A DNA stretch of 64,000 bases, taken from a virus (taxonomy: Duplodnaviria > Caudoviricetes). The stretch covers positions 32,001 through 96,000 of IMG/VR virus record IMGVR_UViG_3300030376_003987. The stretch is one strand, 5' to 3'. Below the pieces are notes generated by a model. It was not told where the DNA came from and did not search any database. It saw nothing but the letters and a program-made list of their open reading frames with translations. Both the position numbers and the translations under genes were made by a program. Each line of letters opens with the position of its first letter. The first letter of the stretch is position 1. Of this stretch, positions 56,433 to 64,000 are shown in pieces.

Positions 56433-59400
56433 TAGCCTTTACATTTTATATTAATTATTTGACCAGCTCTTTTTTCTGAATACCCCATAGCTAATAACAT
56501 CTCTGAATTGATTTGATCTGCATCATATAGGTTACCATCTGCTAATCTATATTTACCGCCTTCCTTAGTAAACAACACGTTACTTGATGGACTGGTAGAA
56601 GGTTTTGGTTTTGTTGATTCAAAAGCTGCAACAACTTGAGCATCCGTCACCTCATTTACTTTCATCATACCGTTGTCAATAATAGATTGTTTAGCTGATG
56701 TATAGAATTCATTAGCTCTGAAGCTATCACCAAGAGCATTGATTGCTTTGTATACAAAGTATGCATTACCTTTTTTATCTCTGGTGAACAATGGATTACC
56801 GTCAGCATCAAAAACTTGTTTGAACAATCCTTTGTTTATGTAAGAGTAGTCTCCAGCTTTACGCATCTTAGCTATCTCTTGTCTTGACAGTTTCTTGTTC
56901 CAACTTGCTACAACGTACTCACCACCAACTTTTCCTATTCCCTGAGTGATCACTTGTGGTATCTCATCCTCTGCTATAGCTTTCTTTACATTAGGTGGTA
57001 AGAAATCTACAGATGGATACTGCACACCATAAACTGGATTGAATATAGAGAACAGTCGATTGTATTTAACTACATCATTATCATTCCAGTTATTTCTTTG
57101 GAAAACACCCAGTTCATAGAAGTCGTTCAAGTTAGGTAAATTTTCTATGATAGGCAAGGTTTTATTGTATATTCTTGCAAAGTCTTCGTAAGGAATAAGT
57201 GATGTAAATGATATAGGTGAGTTGTTAAGTCCAGACTGAAGAATAGCTAGTTTAACTAGTTTGTCATACAAGTCTGTTCTATCTTTTAGTGTCTCTCTTA
57301 ATTCACGGAATGAGTATATGATATTATTCTGGTCATATGTTTTGTTATCTGTGTTTTTAAGTGATACATTGTTTGGTGTAGTTTCTCCACCTTTTCTAGA
57401 TGGTCTCACCTCAAGAAGATTTACTATCTGATTATTAAATAGTGGATCTTTTGGATTCTTTTTAATCTTGTCAATAAATGCAACTACCTCAGAAGCTACA
57501 CCTTTGTCTGACAGAAGTGTCTCTTGTATCTGTAAGTTAAGTCCTTGATTAGTTTGTACAGCCCAATCAAATAAATCGTTTACAGCTTTTCTAGCCACCT
57601 TAATAAATGTTCTGTTTGGTAACTCAACATATGGTTTAAGTACTTGCTCTAGCACAGTTCTTACATTACCCCTATCTGATACAAGAAAGTTTGCAATAGC
57701 ATTTCTAGAATCATTTATTCTATCAGCTTGATTACCAATAAAAGACTCATCTAGCAAGTTACCTGAATCAGATATAATAGTACCCTGTGATCTAACAAAC
57801 TGAACGTTCTTCTTAAATACAAGATACGGATCATTAAATCTTGATGTATCCCAGTTGGTACCCTGTGTAACTGTGTACAACTGGTTAGCCATCTTAGCAT
57901 ACTTCAAGAATTCTTTTAACATAAAGATTTGATCTAGTTTTTCCTTAGCAGTGAACTCTTCCCTACCTAATGTATTAAGTAAAGAAGCTTTACCAGGTAT
58001 TTGCTTAGGTAGTTTCTTTTCTTGAGCTTCTGTCAGTCCTCCATAATTAGCTATAGTGTCACCTATAAAGTCATCTATAAATAAGAACTTATATCCTGCA
58101 TTCTCAACTGATTGTAGATAGTCACGAATAATTGGTTGGTTCATGAAATATGCTACAGTGTCTACTGGTACACCTATCTTTACAAGGAACATAAATGTTG
58201 ATGCTACGTTTGGTGTAGCACCCATCTCCATAATCCATGGGCCCTTAGATATATCTACATATCCGTCAATAAACTGTCCAAGTATATCAGAAATAAGTTG
58301 ACCATCTGCATTGTTTACACCAGACAGTGATGGATATTCTTGTCCATCTATTGTAACCTTATTGTATTTTTCAAATGTCACCTCAGCATCACCTAAGAAC
58401 TTTTCATCGCTAAAGTCAACTCTATCAAGTCTGTTCTTGTCAACATACATAGCAGATCTTTGGTTGAGTGAGTGGTTAGTTTGTTGTACAGCAGCAATAC
58501 CAATAGCTTGTTTACCTGATACAAATGCCTGTCTTAGTCTAGACATGAATCTTCTATCAAGCATGTTATCTACAGCAGTGTAATCAAATGTACTACCTAC
58601 CACCTTATCAACAATTGTTTTAGATATACCTTTTAATTGTTCAGCAGAGTTAGGTGTTATGAGTCTTTCAAAGTTTGCTGGATGACTTACTAGATTCTCA
58701 GAAGACTGTATAAACTCATTCTCTAAAGATTTCTTATACATTCTATTAACAACTGCATCTCTTACACCTTCTTTCTTTAGTTCTTCAACTAATATAGATA
58801 GAGCATCTTCATCTTGACTTACACCAAGAATTTCAAACAATACATTAAATCTTTCTCCTTCAGTTGTATTAAAGATTCCAGACAACTCATAGTCTTTTAG
58901 TTGTTGTAGCTGTTTTAATTGCTTTCGTTGCTCCTTGTTAAATAACTTACCGCTATCAAACATAGCAGCAAACTTATCTTTAGCTTGTTGTCCAAATCCA
59001 TAGAAAGGAACAAGTTTAAGTTTACCATCTTCGTAAAATACATTTTTAAGGTAGATTGAAAGTTTATCAATATCAAAGTCACTTCCCACCTTCTTCACAA
59101 TAGCAGCAGGTACAACCACGTTATCTCCAAACTCTTTTGGTAGGAATTGTTTTATTCTAAATGCGTCAATAGAATTTTGTTTCTGTGTAGGAATACGGAA
59201 AGCTAGTCCAGATAATATCTTCTGACCTTCTTCTGTATTGTTTAGATAATTAAGAAGATCTGCATCAGACATTTCACTTTGGAACCAACGTCCTACCATG
59301 ATCTCCATCACTCGCTCACCATCTTTGTTCTCATAGAACTTAAGTATGTCAGATGTATATCCCTTCTTACCGTTAATCTTTGTTTCAGCTATACGATTAG

Positions 59401-62400
59401 ATTCAAACAGTGATGAAGGTATTTGTACCTTTTGTCCACCACTTATCTTAGGACGAACAATTTGCTTATCTACAATAGAGTATAGAATGTTTCTAACTTG
59501 TTGATATGCAGGGGTAGCTTCAAGAACACTTTCACCATCTGAGAACGCTGCAATAGCATCACTAATATTGTCATTAGTTTCTCTCTTGAATATTTCATCA
59601 CGAAGTGTTTTTGCAGCTTCTGAAAAATCTGTAACAATAAATTTACCATTTGGAATACCTGTGGATGTACCATTTACTATGTAGTATTCCTCTGTGATAC
59701 CTAAACGTTTCAACATCATTTGGTATCCTTCATTAGTCATCTCTTCAAGAAGACGCTGATTGTTAGCAATCTCTTTATATATTGGAGAGCTATTAATTCT
59801 TTCTTGTTGAGACAACTTCATCCATTTCTCTAAACCACCTGTGTAATCAAATGGAACTCCATTATCCATGTAGTCCATTGTGATGAGCTTAGTTGTTTGA
59901 GATCCTCGTGTTACTAATGCTTTCTCCTTAGAAGGCACATCACTCTGTAAACTCATTATAGCAAATGGTACATCCACTACAGCTGCATACTCTGCATCAT
60001 TAAATGATCCATCTTCATTATATGTAGCATGTGATGATTCAGCTCCCACCTTTCTACCAGACTCAAACACAATATAATCTATGTTCTCATTCTGCATCTT
60101 GTTGTAGAGCTTAAGTCCATTTGACTCAGAGTTAATCTCATCCATCACTCGATAAGACAAAGGATATAATGCATACTTGTCAAGTACAACATTGTTATAT
60201 GTGTATCCAAGCTTAGCTCCTGATACAATAGGTTTTAGAGAGGTGTATGCACTCTGTACTGCAGGGTTTGGTTCTTTAAGAATATTCACCTCAGCTGTAG
60301 ATAGTGTTAGTCCCTTAGCACGTTTTTCGTAAGCAACATCATATCTGTATTGCTTCTCTTCATTCTCATTCCACTCACCAGCTCTGATTCTAAAGTTACG
60401 ATATGCTTTAAAAGATATAATACCACCACCATCAGTTTCTTCGTAGTTCTCATAGTTTGGAAGATCTATAACACCTACAATATCTTGGTGAGATGCTGTA
60501 CGCATGTAGTCCTGTGTGAAGTTGGTATATCCAATATCATCTTTCTCAAAGCCTTCGTTCCACACTTTATTAAGTGCAGTGTTCATCTTAGGAGAGTTAT
60601 TAATAAGCGCCTGTCTTGGAGATAGGAAACTCTTAGTACGCTTCAACTCATCTTTATATTGGTAAGGATCTGAATAAAGAAGCTTGTGCATCTCAATATT
60701 AGCAACCATGTAGTTAACACTCATTGCTGTAAGTTGTCTACTAAGCTCTTGAGAAGTCATTTGTATTGGTAGGTCAACATTCTCTAATGTATATCTACCT
60801 GAAATCTCTTCATCAACTATTCCAAATCTATTTAAATAACTCAACACTCTTGATATGTCATCTTTCAAGTAGTCTCTAAGGGCATTATTTATTTTAACTT
60901 GATGTATGTAATATACCTCTTCTGGTGTTCCTTCAGTGGTAATTATTTCATTATGTAATCTATCACTAAGAATACCTTTAAAGAAACGTAAGTCTTTACT
61001 ATCTCTACCTGCAGCAACTGGACGATCTTCTCTAGATAGTTCTATTTCTGATAGTAAGTATTTTCTAAATATTTCGTTTACATCAACTAGTCCTCTTGCA
61101 AGATCATTAGGAGATATTGGATTGCCCATATATAACATGTGCTCCATACCTGCATCACCTGGTACAAGATTTAAATAGTTACCCTCTATATTGAGATTGA
61201 GCTCTTGTACAATTCTTTGTTTCTGTGTAAGTCTAGATGAAGATGTGCTTCTACTTTTTTGTTCATCAACAATACCTCCTACATATCCAGCCTTAAATAA
61301 ATCATTTGCACCAGATCTTTTCTTACCTGTTTGCAGGTTAAACATTCTGCCAAGAAGATTAGAGCCTTGAGTGAATACATCTTTAAGAAGATATTCGTAT
61401 TGTGTACCTGCTAGCTCATTTAGGTTGTCTATATTAACAAGTGTATTATGTAACTCAGAGGCAGCGTTAGGTCCAAAGAATGTTTGTACACGCTCACCTT
61501 GTAAGTTAAAGTATGTGCTACTAAACTCTGGATTAGATGCAGTTGTCTTTAATATACCAAGCTCTAACATACGTTTGTTTATGTCTAGAGTCTTAGTAGA
61601 GAACGTTACTACTTTATCTGTCTTCAATAAACTTTCTTTAATTCCACTTACAGTTTCTTTGAATTGTTTCTTGTTTGCAAAGCTTAGTCTGTTGTATTCC
61701 TGTATACTAAATGGTACACCTAACGTTGATAGGAAATTAATCATACGTCCAGGTGTATCTAATTTTATGTTTCTTATTTGTTGCTTCTTTGGAAAGTATG
61801 CTCTTTGCTTTTCATCGTATTTAAAATAACCCTGACCAGCCTTTGACTTTACAGCTAGAGATCTTATGTACTCATTTCTAAGTTGGTTAGCTGAGCTAGA
61901 TAGAGCAGCATCACCAACAGCAATCTCTCCATTATCAAATATAAATACATTCTTTACATCTGGAGATTGTTTTTTGAATGTCTTCCACATTCCTGAGATT
62001 AGGCTAAGAGCATGTGTTGATTCTATATTACTTAAATCAACAGCCCCATCAGAGTAATCTTGTTTTGTTAGACGCTTATATAGAATTTTATATGTAGGAT
62101 CTTCTACAGACATTTGCCCCAATCTTTCTAACATGTCTTCAACACTTGTAGATGTGTGTAGCTTGTTCATCAATGTGATGTACATTTTACTCACTGGATT
62201 AAGCAATCTACCATTGATGCTGGATACAACTGCTTTACCATTATTGTCCACAATAGGGTTACTAGCAAGTAATAGTTTTATAGCTGTGTTTGCTTTTCTG
62301 AAACTATCTATCTTACTAGCGTCAAACTTATTACTCTCTTTGATTTTATCTTCATCACTTAGCTGTAACTCATCATTCTCATCAAACTGAATACCGTATG

Positions 62401-64000
62401 ACTTGATATACTCTTTGTGTTTCTCTGTAAGTCTTGGCCAATCAACAACAACATCTTTTTCTAGTTGACGATTCTGTGCAACTATAGCTAAGAGTCTTTC
62501 TTTCTGATCTTTTGAAAGATTCTCTGTTTTGTTAATAAGATTGTTAATAACTACCTCTTTACTTCTAATAGTTGCTATCACTCTAGGAAGAAGTTTCTCA
62601 TAGAAGTCTTTCTGATTGATATCATCTGCTATTGTAAATAAACTTTTGTCTGTCTTTATAAGATCATTCAACATTAAGAATGTCATCTCTTGAACAGCAT
62701 CTGAAGTTTGTCTGTCACTAAGTGTTTTAATTCTAAACTCAGAGTCTGAGGTAGCAAAGGCATCTTCTATATCTATAATGCCTTCTTGAGCCATAGAAAG
62801 CTGTGTAGCATATGGCATACGTTTTTTGTAGTAACCACTACCTATACGCTTAAATAACTCATCTGTAAAGCTCTGTGCCTTATCACCAAGTAAAGCATTC
62901 TCAATAAACTTCTTGAGCTCTCTAAATAATTTAGCAATTCTAGCACCAAGTCCTTTAACACCTTGTTTCTTTTGTACAAAGTCTCTAAACTCTTCAGCTA
63001 GTTGTTCTTTGATTTGAGCTGGTGTAGCCTCAGAGAACTTAACTGTCTCACCTGTAGGTCTATCTACAAATGTTCCTTTACGTGCTTTAAACTCATTAAG
63101 TATGTTGGCCTGCTCTTCAGAGGTTGTAAACATCTTCCATACAGCTTCAAACACTTCATGATATGCTGTACCAGTTTCTGCATTCTCATATACATAAATA
63201 GCACCATCTTTAAACATACCCCAAGCTTGTCTACCATTAGTAGCTTGAATGATGTTCTTCACTCTGAATACAGGAACGTTAGGGAAGTTTTGTTTTAACC
63301 AAGATTCTACGTCTGTCCAGTTCTCTGGTTCAAACATTTGGATCTCCTCATTTATCTTAACACGTAAGTCTTCTGAGTTAGCATCAGAGATTGCTTGATT
63401 GATTTGATCTTCTAGGCTATCTATCTTCTCTTGAGCTTCAGCTTGTTGAGCAGGTGTACCAATAGTAACCTCCTCCATCATTTCTGACTCAGCAGGTTGT
63501 GTAGGAGCTACAGGTCCAGTAATAGTTGACTCCATCTCAAAAGCATCTTGTGCTTTTTCTTTTGTAAGTTGTGGAGCAATTACATTATATATAGTTTGTT
63601 TGATTTGTTGTTTATAATCTTTTCCAGCAGTCTGTATTGTTTGAACTACTTCAGCTAAGTCACCACCTTGTAACACTGTAATTGTTTCTTGGTAGTTGTC
63701 TAGTGTTGTGTTTGCAGAAGCTTTAAATAATATTTTCTTACCTTGTGGAGAAGTGTATGTGTTAGTTGTGTTACCATCTAAAACAAATGATGTCTTTTGC
63801 TTTATAGGAATATTAGTAGATTGTGCTTTTGGTTCTGGTATTTTAAATTCGTCAGCTGTGTTTGTTACATAGAAGTATACACCCACTCTATTAAACTTAC
63901 CTTCCTCTTTTGGTTGCATGTTTGTAAAGATGGGCAACTCAAAGTCTTCTCTTGTAGATCCATCAGGATTCTTATTAGATAGAAGATAGCTTTGGTAGTT
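56432..64000 (-). CDS. Virion-packaged DNA-dependent RNA polymerase (crAss-like); 5' end outside the window
   Basis: RIPTQ...GSDFDIDKL catalytic motif at 59066-59080, TDGGG; frame has no stop from 63937 to 64000; zincin-like segment HEVFE. Confidence 0.88.
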   Translation of the reverse strand, partial: NYQSYLLSNKNPDGSTREDFELPIFTNMQPKEEGKFNRVGVYFYVTNTADEFKIPEPKAQSTNIPIKQKTSFVLDGNTTNTYTSPQGKKILFKASANTTLDNYQETITVLQGGDLAEVVQTIQTAGKDYKQQIKQTIYNVIAPQLTKEKAQDAFEMESTITGPVAPTQPAESEMMEEVTIGTPAQQAEAQEKIDSLEDQINQAISDANSEDLRVKINEEIQMFEPENWTDVESWLKQNFPNVPVFRVKNIIQATNGRQAWGMFKDGAIYVYENAETGTAYHEVFEAVWKMFTTSEEQANILNEFKARKGTFVDRPTGETVKFSEATPAQIKEQLAEEFRDFVQKKQGVKGLGARIAKLFRELKKFIENALLGDKAQSFTDELFKRIGSGYYKKRMPYATQLSMAQEGIIDIEDAFATSDSEFRIKTLSDRQTSDAVQEMTFLMLNDLIKTDKSLFTIADDINQKDFYEKLLPRVIATIRSKEVVINNLINKTENLSKDQKERLLAIVAQNRQLEKDVVVDWPRLTEKHKEYIKSYGIQFDENDELQLSDEDKIKESNKFDASKIDSFRKANTAIKLLLASNPIVDNNGKAVVSSINGRLLNPVSKMYITLMNKLHTSTSVEDMLERLGQMSVEDPTYKILYKRLTKQDYSDGAVDLSNIESTHALSLISGMWKTFKKQSPDVKNVFIFDNGEIAVGDAALSSSANQLRNEYIRSLAVKSKAGQGYFKYDEKQRAYFPKKQQIRNIKLDTPGRMINFLSTLGVPFSIQEYNRLSFANKKQFKETVSGIKESLLKTDKVVTFSTKTLDINKRMLELGILKTTASNPEFSSTYFNLQGERVQTFFGPNAASELHNTLVNIDNLNELAGTQYEYLLKDVFTQGSNLLGRMFNLQTGKKRSGANDLFKAGYVGGIVDEQKSRSTSSSRLTQKQRIVQELNLNIEGNYLNLVPGDAGMEHMLYMGNPISPNDLARGLVDVNEIFRKYLLSEIELSREDRPVAAGRDSKDLRFFKGILSDRLHNEIITTEGTPEEVYYIHQVKINNALRDYLKDDISRVLSYLNRFGIVDEEISGRYTLENVDLPIQMTSQELSRQLTAMSVNYMVANIEMHKLLYSDPYQYKDELKRTKSFLSPRQALINNSPKMNTALNKVWNEGFEKDDIGYTNFTQDYMRTASHQDIVGVIDLPNYENYEETDGGGIISFKAYRNFRIRAGEWNENEEKQYRYDVAYEKRAKGLTLSTAEVNILKEPNPAVQSAYTSLKPIVSGAKLGYTYNNVVLDKYALYPLSYRVMDEINSESNGLKLYNKMQNENIDYIVFESGRKVGAESSHATYNEDGSFNDAEYAAVVDVPFAIMSLQSDVPSKEKALVTRGSQTTKLITMDYMDNGVPFDYTGGLEKWMKLSQQERINSSPIYKEIANNQRLLEEMTNEGYQMMLKRLGITEEYYIVNGTSTGIPNGKFIVTDFSEAAKTLRDEIFKRETNDNISDAIAAFSDGESVLEATPAYQQVRNILYSIVDKQIVRPKISGGQKVQIPSSLFESNRIAETKINGKKGYTSDILKFYENKDGERVMEIMVGRWFQSEMSDADLLNYLNNTEEGQKILSGLAFRIPTQKQNSIDAFRIKQFLPKEFGDNVVVPAAIVKKVGSDFDIDKLSIYLKNVFYEDGKLKLVPFYGFGQQAKDKFAAMFDSGKLFNKEQRKQLKQLQQLKDYELSGIFNTTEGERFNVLFEILGVSQDEDALSILVEELKKEGVRDAVVNRMYKKSLENEFIQSSENLVSHPANFERLITPNSAEQLKGISKTIVDKVVGSTFDYTAVDNMLDRRFMSRLRQAFVSGKQAIGIAAVQQTNHSLNQRSAMYVDKNRLDRVDFSDEKFLGDAEVTFEKYNKVTIDGQEYPSLSGVNNADGQLISDILGQFIDGYVDISKGPWIMEMGATPNVASTFMFLVKIGVPVDTVAYFMNQPIIRDYLQSVENAGYKFLFIDDFIGDTIANYGGLTEAQEKKLPKQIPGKASLLNTLGREEFTAKEKLDQIFMLKEFLKYAKMANQLYTVTQGTNWDTSRFNDPYLVFKKNVQFVRSQGTIISDSGNLLDESFIGNQADRINDSRNAIANFLVSDRGNVRTVLEQVLKPYVELPNRTFIKVARKAVNDLFDWAVQTNQGLNLQIQETLLSDKGVASEVVAFIDKIKKNPKDPLFNNQIVNLLEVRPSRKGGETTPNNVSLKNTDNKTYDQNNIIYSFRELRETLKDRTDLYDKLVKLAILQSGLNNSPISFTSLIPYEDFARIYNKTLPIIENLPNLNDFYELGVFQRNNWNDNDVVKYNRLFSIFNPVYGVQYPSVDFLPPNVKKAIAEDEIPQVITQGIGKVGGEYVVASWNKKLSRQEIAKMRKAGDYSYINKGLFKQVFDADGNPLFTRDKKGNAYFVYKAINALGDSFRANEFYTSAKQSIIDNGMMKVNEVTDAQVVAAFESTKPKPSTSPSSNVLFTKEGGKYRLADGNLYDADQINSEMLLAMGYSEKRAGQIINIKCKG

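Noticed and set aside
63935-63937. TTG start given for the 2501-aa ORF
   Set aside because: The frame stays open to position 64000, so the true start lies outside the window.
1-64000. Stop-codon reassignment, tRNAs, introns or inteins as seen in some crAss-like phages
   Set aside because: Standard-code ORFs tile the window and TAA, TAG and TGA all act as stops. PolB, DnaB, NrdAB, RecA and RNAP look uninterrupted. No tRNA was recognised by eye (tRNAscan not run).

Overview
This 64 kb window is AT-rich DNA from a crAss-like (Crassvirales-type) dsDNA phage. The host is probably an aquatic Bacteroidota/Flavobacteriia, judged from the TAnnTTTG promoter boxes and A-rich leaders without Shine-Dalgarno sites. 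The standard genetic code fits. Layout: (1) a short leftward operon at 1-1766 (HU/IHF-like, HTH and Zn-finger genes); (2) a strand switch and early region at about 1800-7100 with micro-ORFs, candidate structured RNAs and an SplB-like radical SAM gene; (3) a rightward replication and metabolism block at 7339-33247 (PolB, DnaB, SF2 helicase, primase, UDG, rIIA/rIIB, exonuclease, NrdAB, RecA, GroES, a Vap-like protein and two glycosyltransferases); (4) a leftward late block with very basic small proteins, a lysis cassette, collagen-like fibres and giant virion proteins, including the DFDID-motif virion RNA polymerase, which runs off the right edge. The most striking signal is a probable protein O-glycosylation system. 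It has about six glycosyltransferase-type domains, including a TibC/Aah-type domain and a plant SRGT1/HPAT-like enzyme, plus a methyltransferase and a nucleotide-sugar epimerase. These sit beside likely acceptors: a 2411-aa (Gly-Thr-Ser)n fibre, a collagen-like fibre and two NP-(Thr)7-8 proteins. All family calls come from motif recognition by eye; no database searches were run.
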